Below, one piece after another: positions 10,401 through 19,882 of a DNA stretch of 64,000 nucleotides. The translations under genes were made by a program, and so were the position numbers. The stretch spans positions 124,001 through 188,000 of IMG/VR virus record IMGVR_UViG_3300027985_000843; one strand, 5' to 3'. The notes under the pieces are model-generated. The model did not search any database. It was given only the letters and a program-made list of their open reading frames with translations, and was not told the DNA's origin. Each line of letters opens with the position of its first letter. The first letter of the stretch is position 1.

Positions 10401-13305
10401 AGAAGTAGGACGGGAAGAATCCCACGGTCGAGGTCCTAACGTCACCGGAAGAGATCTCAACCGACGGGTTGAGGAGGTCGGATCTGAAAACTTGCGGAGA
10501 GGCAAGCACGATGGTGGTCGTGTCGCTGGTTGCGTTGTAGGTCGAAGCTCCGATAAGGTAGATCTCTGAGCTGTCCAGCCGCAGGAGTCGGTTTGACACG
10601 AAGTCCGATGTGCGGTCCCCGATGATCGTGAATTGGGACGCGTCCGCCTCGATATTCACGATGACCCCGAGCATGGGCGGTTGAAGCACCGTCAGGGTCT
10701 TCTCGCCCCCAATGGCCCCGTAGACGTAGTAGTCGATGTAGACGCGCTCGGTGGGCAGCACGTTGTTGCCGTGAGGCAGGGCGTCGGTCACCTGGGTGTC
10801 CGACAAGAAGCGGACGGTGGAAGCCGAGACGTTGAAGGCCACCTTTGCGCTACTCTGAGGACGGCCGCCCCGGAACGCCTCCGGTGCAGGCGTGTCGGCC
10901 ACTTCCCTCCCGAGAGGGTTGAAGTGCAGAAGGTCCGTCACCGTAGGATGGTCTTGCGTGATTTCCTTGCGGACGAGGAAGCGCCCGCGTTCTTGAACGA
11001 GGATCTTCTCATCGTTCTCGTCGAGCACTGCGTACGTGAGGAATACTTCCTCACTCTCAAGCATCCGGTCAGTGAACTCGATAAGGCCGAGAGCTGGCTG
11101 CAATGCGTAGTCGGTCCCGAGCACAAGCGTGCGGGCCGAGTAGACGCTGAGCCCCGCAGTGATGTCCGCCTGACTGAAGTTGACCTCGCCCGTATCCTGT
11201 GCGATCTCGACTTCGCCCGCAGCCAAGAGGACGGGGGCCGTGAAAGCGCCCGCGTTGGCGACCACTGTGACAGACGTCGAGAAGGTTGACGTGCCGAAGC
11301 GGAATCGGTAGCTGCCCACGTAGGACACGTCAACGAACAGGCCCGAGGCCGTCGTGCCCATGTTGATCAGACGCTCGACCACCGTATTGGGGTCCACATC
11401 GGACACGTTCCGGAAGTAGCGGTCTGCAAGGATCTCGCTGGATCGACGGACCTCGTAGACAAGATTCGATTCCACGCCTCCGCTGATGTCCACCGTCAGC
11501 GAAGTCGTGCCCACGGTAGCGATCGTGTACACCCCTTGGGCCGTCCCAGAAGTGACGATGAGCAGGTCCCCGGGAAGCACTCCGGCCGCAGTGAAGTTCT
11601 GGCTGGTATCGGTGAAAGACGTGCCCGAGAAGGCGCCCGACCCGCTCGCGTACAGAACGCCCTGCGTGTCCGCAAACGTGATGAGGCCGCTTGTGTAGTC
11701 AAATAAGGCAGTCTCTCCGAGAACCAACTCGGTCCACCCCACCGTCGAAGGATAGACCGCCCCGCCCCCGACCACATCCTCCAGCTCCAACGTGAGCCGC
11801 TGCTCGAACACCAAAGGATTGGGGAGTTGAAGAGCCCCAAACGGGCCGGCCACCCGAAGACGGAAATTGTCCGCCCCCGAAGCCGACACAAGCTGCCCAT
11901 TGTGTCGCTGAGCGTAGTTGAGCACTCCCGAATCCGGGTCGAGAAGGTAGCCGTAGCCTGAGGGCGGCGAGAGCACGTCGAGGTTCGACAGGATGCCTGG
12001 GGGGTAGGTACCTGTCCCCTGAGCAACTCGGATCTCGATCGTCCGGCCTTCCACGGGAATCGCTGGGAGGGTGACCGACGGAGCCCCGATGATGGGATCC
12101 GCCCACGAGGCATCCTCCGTCGAGTGAAAGGCCGCGACATCCAATGTTGTGGGGTCGGAAGCTGTCAGGTCGACAGGCGTCCGAAACATCCGGAGCGTCA
12201 TTCCTCGTTCGATGTCGAGATCGGCCACGATCGCCTGGACATTCTCCGAGCCGTAGGACGACTGGTCAGCGGCGGAGAATCGGACGGCACCCGTTCCTCT
12301 GTTGACCTCCACCACGCCCCTCTTGCCCAACGCACTGAAGGAGTCGACGTACTTCGTCTCCTCGAACTGTACTACCCCCGGCACTCGGAAGAACAGATCG
12401 CTGTCTTCCGGCGGTACGGGGCTGAGAATCCCAGGAGCACTCACCGTCCCGAAGGCCGCAGCGAACACCGTTGCACCGAAGGCGAACGTCGAGCCGTCGT
12501 AGTAGACGGACTCCCCGGCATATGTCACTGCATCGGTGGCATTGAACCGCAGCTCTCCAGTGGCCCGGTCCCACTCAACAGTGCCCACTGCCGGGGTTCC
12601 AAGAGCTACAACCTCGACTGGCGTCAAGTATTCCTGGAACCCGATCCGAATGAGCGGGAACTGTCCCGATCTCGGTAGAGGGTTGAGCAGTAGCGTGTCC
12701 TCAATGGCTCCGAGCTTGCCGCTAGAGTCATCTCGCGTGTAGAAGCTCTGCCGCTGGAACCGCACGGCCTGGGCATCGTAAGTGACGAGGTCCGTGGGGC
12801 TCCACCCCATGCTCCCTGACTCTTGAGAGATCTGGACGCTGCCCACCGGAGGGTCGGGGCTGTTCAGATCGACGTCCAGAGCCACCAGGACGACCGTGAA
12901 GGACGTTCCAGCCCCTGACCCTACCGAGACCCTCACCGGGTACGTGACGAGGTCTGAGGAGGCAGGGATTGCGACTACGAGCCGGTTCGTGTTGGAGTCG
13001 GCACCGAGCACACCAGGCTCGTCCAAAACCGACCCTGGCAACATGCGGAACCTCTGCTGTCGGCCATCGTAGTCGAACCGGTTGATGACCTCGTTCTTGG
13101 TCCAGCAGAAGGTACAGTCGGGGAAGTCCCCGTCCTCAAGGACGAAGACATGGTACTCCGTCCTCGGAGCCGACTCGTCCGACGGGTAGTAGAAGTCGAA
13201 CGTCGTCTGATTCGAGATGTACACGTTCGGCGTCTGTGTAAACGCACTATTCGCCGCACCTACGCGAGGGGGGTCGACAATGTATCCTGTTATTGACAGG
13301 GGCAT
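7291..13305 (-). CDS. Giant (2004 aa) baseplate/tail structural protein with repeated beta modules
   Basis: Long open frame, Thr/Ser/Gly/Val-rich. About four copies of a module like TD....F...GV..GD...V..G...G.Y.I..V. Helical C-terminus. Lies between the spike and gp25/J genes. Confidence 0.85.
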   Translation of the reverse strand: MPLSITGYIVDPPRVGAANSAFTQTPNVYISNQTTFDFYYPSDESAPRTEYHVFVLEDGDFPDCTFCWTKNEVINRFDYDGRQQRFRMLPGSVLDEPGVLGADSNTNRLVVAIPASSDLVTYPVRVSVGSGAGTSFTVVLVALDVDLNSPDPPVGSVQISQESGSMGWSPTDLVTYDAQAVRFQRQSFYTRDDSSGKLGAIEDTLLLNPLPRSGQFPLIRIGFQEYLTPVEVVALGTPAVGTVEWDRATGELRFNATDAVTYAGESVYYDGSTFAFGATVFAAAFGTVSAPGILSPVPPEDSDLFFRVPGVVQFEETKYVDSFSALGKRGVVEVNRGTGAVRFSAADQSSYGSENVQAIVADLDIERGMTLRMFRTPVDLTASDPTTLDVAAFHSTEDASWADPIIGAPSVTLPAIPVEGRTIEIRVAQGTGTYPPGILSNLDVLSPPSGYGYLLDPDSGVLNYAQRHNGQLVSASGADNFRLRVAGPFGALQLPNPLVFEQRLTLELEDVVGGGAVYPSTVGWTELVLGETALFDYTSGLITFADTQGVLYASGSGAFSGTSFTDTSQNFTAAGVLPGDLLIVTSGTAQGVYTIATVGTTSLTVDISGGVESNLVYEVRRSSEILADRYFRNVSDVDPNTVVERLINMGTTASGLFVDVSYVGSYRFRFGTSTFSTSVTVVANAGAFTAPVLLAAGEVEIAQDTGEVNFSQADITAGLSVYSARTLVLGTDYALQPALGLIEFTDRMLESEEVFLTYAVLDENDEKILVQERGRFLVRKEITQDHPTVTDLLHFNPLGREVADTPAPEAFRGGRPQSSAKVAFNVSASTVRFLSDTQVTDALPHGNNVLPTERVYIDYYVYGAIGGEKTLTVLQPPMLGVIVNIEADASQFTIIGDRTSDFVSNRLLRLDSSEIYLIGASTYNATSDTTTIVLASPQVFRSDLLNPSVEISSGDVRTSTVGFFPSYFYTELSSWPTIPRGANRIYLPGDVTRTYVSGTITLFTDGGTLLDFNRVTGSVYDATLNRTEVVLTSNGISQYDGGSVTLKYSKRPILDGSATTATTSNSPVLSEPFLVYRRIEGQAGVILSQPDDYSIDDSGKIVLTTPLQELEEVAVLYTGTNLIEAGRRVRASYTHSIVPTDSNGLNGQLLKADYTTYLPDTFYFRVETFTNFRGELVEQYEEDAQATIPTAGPRLENMSQLQLYEQGRESIFYTEGRLYNEDEVARPTLKYFNDGINYLEDALQEMDGRVIGDHDGRFLFDGLITNPDRATFAEVTNQIDDLLRIADPPLQFSLNPFAYTWLGTYREAYKAAVYSRFYPTYRRLFSPAVSGVETGDTIAETGFTNLSSVQSVARRLPWSIVTQEAPAGSTTIQVDSTQEEEDLLRPAWPDTASTDSIVVIRDRDGAWIVPNGNPPNMGPALNLSSKTISSLTLSGPVPTTIPVGATVYHIPNYDATFSPSPASPFLHTYRVGFDVGVNQTDGVLTYIKPYPPFDGSFPAIPAELEIQAPGEGEFIDINTYLFNTITSPYRFPALDGGTADDDGNRQFPLLTPDPESELGLSKTVNGSVTPDIGILTRQSSELTAIQAATSDALAGTGDLDVTRTIVTNTGGAWGVPTPRTGDLVAILNGLNGPTSYHRITVVGVSDITVSTPFALQDTGFSFVVTATTALVSSAGTLTTTTQLDDPAGNFFVNGVQVGHTVVVPALQERRQVTAVNSATQLLVEAFSSTGAVSYRVDDSILTYGGTGSLLDGAVAELDAQEAVLSTNAPPLKPWAQIEALERFLEHVLTDVLVSSNGFTSNGSPTLTDLSVDFTASGVDSTHFVFVRTGTVAGIYKIASVTSSTTLDIDGGFPATNPSVSYRIVDAFGVTILTLSAVMQALLHADAALSGLQTFRSLLQTAVTVEWDASAFGRRTTHSDLADQQASILARIVELSDPGTGDIATLEAAMSSGDRLYDVRYTWIDARTNLRTGILPKKERAQDYRATAAAETLNQLTKLLTLRNL

Positions 13306-13315
13306 CAGGACACCC

Positions 13316-13534
13316 TCACCTCTTGTGCCGCCACCGGATGTTCAAGCCTTTTCTGTTGACAGGGCAGGGGCCTGTTCCAGTCAGATAGGCAATCCGACCA
13401 TCTTCAAGGGAGACCTCCACACAGAAGCCGAAGCCGTTAGGAACAGGTTCCAGATCGGGAGGGGTTACATCCGGATTTGTCCGTAGGGGTCGGTGCTCTC
13501 GGATGTCGATCACCGTAGCTATATTTGCTTTCAT
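13316..13534 (-). CDS. Hypothetical 72-aa protein
   Basis: Fills the gap between two structural genes; ATG 13534 with GGAG 7 nt upstream. Confidence 0.55.
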   Translation of the reverse strand: MKANIATVIDIREHRPLRTNPDVTPPDLEPVPNGFGFCVEVSLEDGRIAYLTGTGPCPVNRKGLNIRWRHKR

Positions 13535-13549
13535 CTTCAATCTCCATCT

Positions 13550-14122
13550 TCATAGGATTTTCCCGGTTCCCGTTCCAGCTCCGCCGGTAGGGGAGGCCGT
13601 TCCTACAATGACAATCGGGATAGCAAGACTCGCGAAAACGGAGTCGAGTGCCAGACCGATTGCGCCAGCAAGACGGGGCATAGCCTCGCCAACAAGCCCA
13701 GCTGCTGTGAAACCTGCGATCATGGGCCCTGCACAGGAGGGGGCCAGGAACTTCGCAACCCCAGTTCCCGAACCGATCACAGGATGGGTCGTCGTCACGA
13801 GCATCTGAAGGAAAGCCAGGGACATTCCATTGGACAAGCCTGTCACGAACAGGGGCATCATGACACCAACAATGCCAGCTGCTGGGACTGTACCCATGAG
13901 AGCAGCGAACAGAACAGGTTGGGGAATGGGTAGGGGTAGGGGAACATTGGTACCCACCCCCAAGGACCCGGTGTCCGTAGTCGTGACTTGGACAAGGGGG
14001 ATCCACTGCTGCAAACCATTGGCAACCCCGAGGGCGATTCGGGGGGAGTCCGTGCCCACCATGCCCACTGCGAGCAAGTTGGGGGCAATGACCCCTGTCA
14101 TGGATGGGATGGCGACAGGCAT
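13550..14122 (-). CDS. Gly/Ala-rich three-repeat protein, putative spike-tip protein
   Basis: 190 aa directly downstream of the spike gene. Three ~62-aa repeats (AVGMVG...P / AAGIVG...P / AAGLVG...P). Confidence 0.6.
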   Translation of the reverse strand: MPVAIPSMTGVIAPNLLAVGMVGTDSPRIALGVANGLQQWIPLVQVTTTDTGSLGVGTNVPLPLPIPQPVLFAALMGTVPAAGIVGVMMPLFVTGLSNGMSLAFLQMLVTTTHPVIGSGTGVAKFLAPSCAGPMIAGFTAAGLVGEAMPRLAGAIGLALDSVFASLAIPIVIVGTASPTGGAGTGTGKIL

Positions 14123-14123
14123 C

Positions 14124-16316
14124 TCAGCTCGACAACACTACCGCAGCACCCAGCAAGGGTGTACCGGTGATGGGATCCAGGGTTGGGGCGTTCGGGGGCA
14201 TAGAGGGGATGCCACGAGCCACACCAAGCACCCCGGGGGTAGCTGCCCCTCCCAGGTTGATGATGGCCGCAAGGGTGCTTGCAGCGGCGCCAGCGGTGAG
14301 ATTCAGTGCGAGCCCCGCAGTCAATGCCATGGCGCCGGCACCGGCCGCAGCGGACCACGCCCCCGCCCCGGTAGACAGCGTCACGGCTCCAGCCCCCGTC
14401 GTGGCCGCCAAAGCTCCCGTGCCCACGGCAATGCTGAAGGCACCGGCGGGGTTGAGGAACGAGGTAGCTCCTGCCGCAACGTTGTAAGTCATGGCACCGG
14501 CCAGCACGTTGGTGATCTGCGCCCCCGCGAGGATGGTTGAGATCTTGCCACCCGCCACGATGTTCTCCAGCACCTGGAGGGCGTAATTGAGCTGCGACTT
14601 ACCAGCGATCAGCTGGTTCATCTCGCCCGCATTGAGAGTGTAGCCCGAGTGAGAGTTGATCTCCGTCCGGTCCGCCTCCATGCGATTGAGGCCGTTGACG
14701 AACGTAATCTTTGAACCCGAGATGCTCTTCTGCTCGGCACCCGTGATGGATGTCTTCTTGATACCCTTGACTTCCACCGCGAGGGCGGCGTCTTCCTCAT
14801 TGGGGTTGCCGGTGAAGGTTTGCCGTACGGCACCACGGAAGTTCGTGGTGATGACGTTGCCTTCGGCATCTCGCCCGATGTCGAGGTGCAAGCCACCCGC
14901 AAGTGTGAGGTGGGCCGAGATGCGGTCAGGAGTTGAAGCCCCGATGAATGCCTTGAGGGCACCGGCCAAGTTGGCTTCGACCGACACATGGTTCGTACCG
15001 CTCGCATAGGCTTCCGACCCTGAGGCCGGGACGTTGATGAGAGCCTTGCCCTCCTTGGTCACAGCCACCACGAAGTGGTTGTCCCCACGAGACTTCGGAG
15101 GGCGGATCCTGAACAGGAATGCTCCCGCCGTCGTGTCAGTCTCCTCCGCCCCTACACGGTCAACCTCGTCGAGCTGGAACTTGCCCGGGCCGTGAGTCGT
15201 GAACTCAGGGAATAGACGAGGGGTCAGAATCTTCCCATACTGTCGCTGACCTCTGGAAGAGGTCAGGTCGTTGCCGATGATCGTGCCGTACACACGTTCG
15301 ATGTAGGGAGGCCGCCTGTCCACGGAGAAGCCGTCGACCTGCTCAAGAACTTCTTGTGTTAGGTCCGACGTGTGCGACAGCTCCAAGCGGTGCTCTACGA
15401 GAGCGTCGGCCGGGCTGTCAGGGTCCTCCAAGCTCAGGTCGGGCCGTAGGGATGGCGGGTAGTGGACCTGCTTGCCATTCGAGTAGACAACGACAGGAAA
15501 CTCTCGGGTGTCGTTGAACAACGAGTTGAGATTGCCATCCGTGTCGGCGAACTTGTAGGGCTCCCCCTCATTGCCAGGGCCGGCAGCTTGCAGCTCGTCA
15601 CGTCCGAAGTAGTTGTCCAGGTCGTAGTAGTCTTCGGTGACTTCCTTGAGCGTGCCGTCACCCTTGAGGATGTCGGGGGGCAGGAAGAAAGCGCTGCGTC
15701 GAGCAGGACCGGAAAAGAACCGAACACCGCTCTCTGTCTGCACTCGGTGAATGGCCTGTGCGACGAGAGTCCTCTCGGCGTCTCGAAGCTCGATCAGGTC
15801 CCCCGCCCGGTTGGTCATTGCCACGTCCTTCGACAGGACGAACTCAGCCCCATCAGAGGACATGCCGCCGACGTTGCCAGGTTTCATCAGCAGTCGCTTG
15901 TATCGGACCGTGGGGCCAACCAGCTCTCTGTAGATGGCCTCGTCCCCGTCTGCGACCTCCCCCGGGCTCGCTGCTGCGAAGGGGTCGAACCTCAGGCCAC
16001 TGCGGTTGCCCGTGGGGATGAAGCCAAGGATGACAGCCTCATTGAGATTCTTGTGGATCTTCCGGAATCCAAGGACGCAGATCGAATTGACCTCCGGCAC
16101 ACCACCCCAGAAGGAACGAGGGCCCGCCATCGCCTGGGCGATGTCCACCTCCAGCCGCCAACCGCCACCAGTGAGAATCTTGACGTCGGCCTTCATGTTG
16201 ATCTCGTCAACACGGGTGACTAGGCCGATGCGAGTTCCCTCGACCTTGGTGGGATCGAAGAATTCCGACTTCGGAACGGACCCAACAGGCCGCTTCGGTA
16301 CGTTGTTGAAATTCAT
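14124..16316 (-). CDS. Central baseplate spike (gp5/gpV/VgrG-like)
   Basis: 730 aa. N-terminal OB-fold-like GLVTRVD...V....G...P.V...VLGF. C-terminal Gly/Ala/Thr beta-helix-like repeats (AGA.T..V.AGA). Follows the hub gene. Confidence 0.8.
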   Translation of the reverse strand: MNFNNVPKRPVGSVPKSEFFDPTKVEGTRIGLVTRVDEINMKADVKILTGGGWRLEVDIAQAMAGPRSFWGGVPEVNSICVLGFRKIHKNLNEAVILGFIPTGNRSGLRFDPFAAASPGEVADGDEAIYRELVGPTVRYKRLLMKPGNVGGMSSDGAEFVLSKDVAMTNRAGDLIELRDAERTLVAQAIHRVQTESGVRFFSGPARRSAFFLPPDILKGDGTLKEVTEDYYDLDNYFGRDELQAAGPGNEGEPYKFADTDGNLNSLFNDTREFPVVVYSNGKQVHYPPSLRPDLSLEDPDSPADALVEHRLELSHTSDLTQEVLEQVDGFSVDRRPPYIERVYGTIIGNDLTSSRGQRQYGKILTPRLFPEFTTHGPGKFQLDEVDRVGAEETDTTAGAFLFRIRPPKSRGDNHFVVAVTKEGKALINVPASGSEAYASGTNHVSVEANLAGALKAFIGASTPDRISAHLTLAGGLHLDIGRDAEGNVITTNFRGAVRQTFTGNPNEEDAALAVEVKGIKKTSITGAEQKSISGSKITFVNGLNRMEADRTEINSHSGYTLNAGEMNQLIAGKSQLNYALQVLENIVAGGKISTILAGAQITNVLAGAMTYNVAAGATSFLNPAGAFSIAVGTGALAATTGAGAVTLSTGAGAWSAAAGAGAMALTAGLALNLTAGAAASTLAAIINLGGAATPGVLGVARGIPSMPPNAPTLDPITGTPLLGAAVVLSS

Positions 16317-19300
16317 GGCGGGAACTCTTGGTTGAGGTTGTTCAGTTCGAGGGTGACGTCACGAAGCTCCTGTTCGGCCGCGTCCAGGGCCTTCTGAAGC
16401 TCACTGAGCGTCGAGTCCACGCCAGTGACGACAACGCCACCTGCCGCGAGAGTTGCCTGTCTGTGTTCGATGTCGATTCGAAGATCAGCAACCCTGCGCT
16501 CCAACTGACGCTTGCGCTCTTCCAGCTCGGCTCGTTTCGAGTTGGACTTGAGGTTGTCGCTGAAGTCCTCGAACGCCTTCTCAAGGTTCTCTCTGGCAGA
16601 GCTGCCCTGTTGGGCAATGGCATCGAGGTCCCCGCCCCGCCCACGCCCCAAGGGGTTGAACGGAGGCGTGAAGCCACCCAAGTCTTGAGGGTTGAAGCCC
16701 CGCCCAAAACGAACCTCTTCGACGTTGACGGGCGGGCCTTCTTCCAGCTCGCCTCGAAGACCCTTCTCAAACTGCTGGTGTGGCCCATCGAGGGCCCGGT
16801 ATAGGCTCACGAGGTAGTCCTCGATCTTTGCTATGGTCTCTTCCCGACTCAGGGCCGGCGGAGCAATGGGGCGAGTGTTCAACTCCAGGTCGATTTGGCC
16901 CGTGTTGAACTGATAGAGGACGTCCTCGGGATCCTGCCCTGTCTGCAAGGCGTAGTCTTCGATTTGGGCCGACCTCTCCACGCCCTTCTGGTACGCCGCG
17001 CGAGCTTCGTCTGTGGTGATGCCCCGGCCGGTCGCCTGGACCTGGTACGCCTCATCCACGATCTTGGCGTAGTAGGCTTCCTGCTGGTCCGGGGGCAGCG
17101 TGCTGTAGTAGTCATCCTCTGCCAAGGTGGACGACACATAGTTGGACACGCCCTCGTAGATCTGATCCTCGTCGCTGGTGGTGATGGTGATACCCCCCTG
17201 CCCGAAGGACAGGGAGCTGTTGTCGGAAGCCGACGCATTGAGGATCTTCACCTGATAGCCGACGTTGATGAAGGCCAGATCGCTGCGACTCAGAAGACAC
17301 CCGCAATTCTCCGGAGAGGTGTCCTCCGTCTTGACGCTCAGCTCAGCCAGCGTCAGAGCCCTCGACAGCTGAGAAGCTTCCACCGAAACGTTCGTGCCCT
17401 TCTGTGCCGCCGACCCGAGAGGGGCGACGTCGACGAAGTTGGTCTCTGTGTTGACATATTCCGGCTCCCCCGTCTCAGGGCTGATGACTGCTGCCGTGTG
17501 CAGGTCATCCGGCTGCAACGTGGCGAGCGTCCGGGAAGGATTGGGGAACCCCGTGTTGATGGTCACGAGGCCCTGGGATTGAGCTTGGAGGGTCTCGGCC
17601 AAGCCCCCCGTCAGAGCCACCTGGGGCCTCACGTCCGCTCGACTGTTGAGAGCGCCTGGGTTGTCGGCCGTCTCGTTGAGTACCAAGCTGCCGTCCCTCA
17701 GGGAGACGTTACGTCCGTATTTGTAATGCCCGATGACCTCGAAGCCTCGCTCGTCCGACACAGGACGGATCATGGCTGTGGTGCCGTGGAAGACGTTCTC
17801 CAGCTGCCCTGTGTCTTCGTCTCGGAAAACCACATTGCTCTTGGGTATGAGCAACATTTCCTTGATGACTGCCGTTGACTCGTACAGGTAGGTGAAGACG
17901 CCCGCAGAATTGAGCCCGTAGGTGAAGCGGTTGTTCAGGTATCGCTCCCGGGCCCGGTCGATCTCATTCACCTGAAATTCCTTGTCGAACTCCCGCTGAA
18001 CGAGTTTGCCGGCGTCTTGGTTGAACTTCTTGGGGTCGAAGGCTGGCTTCGGGCCTCGCCCCGTACCTTCCTTCCGCCGGCCCGTGACCTTCGCGTAGTT
18101 GTCGGGGGCTGGCGCGAAAGGTCGCGTGTAGGCCATCACAACGTTGGGGTGGCCCAGGATGCGGTTCGTCTTCGGGTCCTTGAGGATGAGGGGCTCGTAG
18201 GGATCGTTCTCCCCCGGAGTCTCAGGGTAGTTCGTAGGGGGCAGCTGGGCAGCTTCCCCGACATCCCCCAAGAAGGTCGCTTCCCTTAGTGCTCGGGCCG
18301 GAGGTGTGGGTTCGTTGAGAGTGCCTTTCTGGTACGTCTGACCCTTGAGCTTGTCGAGACGAATGCTCCCGATGCCCTTCGGCGCGATGAACTTGGTCCG
18401 CTTGGCTGTGAGACTGAGAGTCGTCTGGGCTTGGCCGCCGAACTGCACGTTGTGTGAGATACCGGTGATGTACCAGACCTGATCCTTCGACGCGAGATAC
18501 ACAGGGAATCCCAATCGAAGCTCGGGGCGGAACGGGATAGCCACCGTGGCCCGGAACCGTCTGGCATTCATGCGGTCGAGAAGGTCGAGCCCCATGTAGA
18601 ACATGTGCAGCGTGGAGCCCATGAACTCCGAGTTGAAGGTCTCGACGCGCCACCCATACTTTCGGAGCAGGTGGTAGTCCGTGACGCTCGTGGCCGGCGT
18701 CATCTCCTCCCCGAAGCCATAGTCGATGTTGCCGCCATACGACCCGGAGATCTGAAGCTGCGTCACGACCTCCGCCTCAGACTCGGAAAGGTCCCAGCTG
18801 ATCACGTCGATGTCCTGAATCCAGCTCACGGGCTTGTTGCCCAGGACATCGAGGTTGTAGAAGGGCGGCTTGAAAACGATGTCCCCCGTCACGTCCATGT
18901 AGAACTCGAAACCGATGCAGTCCTTGGCGGCGTTCGCAAGTTCGAGCTTCGTCTGGTATTCACTCTGCCAGAAGTTGACCTGTCCCGCGTTCTGAAACTG
19001 CGTCCGGAAGGCAGTCACCTGGGAGTCTGTCGGGTCGAAGACGAGCTGGCTACCGGCCGATCCGCCGTTGGCCTTACGCACAGCCTGACTGATGGCATTC
19101 TTCGTGAGAGGTCGAGTCCCTCCAGGACCATAGGCAGCTTGCAGCTCGTCCCCCCGCACAGCGTTGCCTTGCGTGCCGTACAGCAGAAGGTTGGATCGAA
19201 TGTGCCGAAAGCGGTCCTCCCAGTAGACCATGAGGTCTGCGAGGGCTGCCTTGAACGTCGCTCGTTGGGACGTCTCCTTGTACATGCTCAATAGCGAGCC

Positions 19301-19882
19301 CGACCCAACGATGACGTCCCCGAAGCTGTGCTGTGCAAGGGTCCAGATGATGTCGTAGGGGTTGGCTCCCGAGAATACGTTGCCGAAGAGGTTGCGGCCC
19401 ATCTGCCCGACGCTCTGTGTGAACGCCGGGTTGATGTTCATCTTGCACAACTCCCACCACTTCAGGATGTCGGAGCAGTTGACGCTGAAGGTATGCTCGC
19501 CGCCCGAATAGCTCTCGGATACTTCGTTCACGAGACCCCAAAAGATGGGGTAGTATTGCGGAACACCCTCGACCACGAAGTGGCCCTTCGCGAAGATCTC
19601 GACCTCCATCATGGAGGTGATGAGAGGTTCCCCGTCGAAGAGGAACTCGTCCACGGCGTGTCGAGGAACGGACAGCGTGAAGCTCGCGGACCCCGGCACG
19701 CTTTGGGTGTTGAGGTCGACTTGAATGCTCGTGATGTACTTGTTCCAGGCAAACCGGCGTTTGCACTTCGGGCACCCGAGGATGTCCACCTCGCCGTTGA
19801 TGAACACAACAGCATCGGGGGCTGTCACGACAGTCGGACGGATGCCTTGCTGATATGTGCCTTGGTAGGGGCTGCGAGCCAT
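16313..19882 (-). CDS. Baseplate hub (gp27/gp44/GpD-like) with long C-terminal extension
   Basis: 1189 aa. Hub-type motifs: ITSIQVD...PGSASFTL, FWGLV.EV.ESYSGG...V.C.D, EFYMD.TGDIVFKPPFY, RPELRLGFPV, YITGISH. C-terminal coiled coil. Confidence 0.8.
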   Translation of the reverse strand: MARSPYQGTYQQGIRPTVVTAPDAVVFINGEVDILGCPKCKRRFAWNKYITSIQVDLNTQSVPGSASFTLSVPRHAVDEFLFDGEPLITSMMEVEIFAKGHFVVEGVPQYYPIFWGLVNEVSESYSGGEHTFSVNCSDILKWWELCKMNINPAFTQSVGQMGRNLFGNVFSGANPYDIIWTLAQHSFGDVIVGSGSLLSMYKETSQRATFKAALADLMVYWEDRFRHIRSNLLLYGTQGNAVRGDELQAAYGPGGTRPLTKNAISQAVRKANGGSAGSQLVFDPTDSQVTAFRTQFQNAGQVNFWQSEYQTKLELANAAKDCIGFEFYMDVTGDIVFKPPFYNLDVLGNKPVSWIQDIDVISWDLSESEAEVVTQLQISGSYGGNIDYGFGEEMTPATSVTDYHLLRKYGWRVETFNSEFMGSTLHMFYMGLDLLDRMNARRFRATVAIPFRPELRLGFPVYLASKDQVWYITGISHNVQFGGQAQTTLSLTAKRTKFIAPKGIGSIRLDKLKGQTYQKGTLNEPTPPARALREATFLGDVGEAAQLPPTNYPETPGENDPYEPLILKDPKTNRILGHPNVVMAYTRPFAPAPDNYAKVTGRRKEGTGRGPKPAFDPKKFNQDAGKLVQREFDKEFQVNEIDRARERYLNNRFTYGLNSAGVFTYLYESTAVIKEMLLIPKSNVVFRDEDTGQLENVFHGTTAMIRPVSDERGFEVIGHYKYGRNVSLRDGSLVLNETADNPGALNSRADVRPQVALTGGLAETLQAQSQGLVTINTGFPNPSRTLATLQPDDLHTAAVISPETGEPEYVNTETNFVDVAPLGSAAQKGTNVSVEASQLSRALTLAELSVKTEDTSPENCGCLLSRSDLAFINVGYQVKILNASASDNSSLSFGQGGITITTSDEDQIYEGVSNYVSSTLAEDDYYSTLPPDQQEAYYAKIVDEAYQVQATGRGITTDEARAAYQKGVERSAQIEDYALQTGQDPEDVLYQFNTGQIDLELNTRPIAPPALSREETIAKIEDYLVSLYRALDGPHQQFEKGLRGELEEGPPVNVEEVRFGRGFNPQDLGGFTPPFNPLGRGRGGDLDAIAQQGSSARENLEKAFEDFSDNLKSNSKRAELEERKRQLERRVADLRIDIEHRQATLAAGGVVVTGVDSTLSELQKALDAAEQELRDVTLELNNLNQEFPP

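Noticed and set aside
13550-14122. Holin or membrane protein call for the hydrophobic 190-aa ORF
   Set aside because: It lacks a charged C-tail, and its threefold repeat and position after the spike fit a structural tip better.
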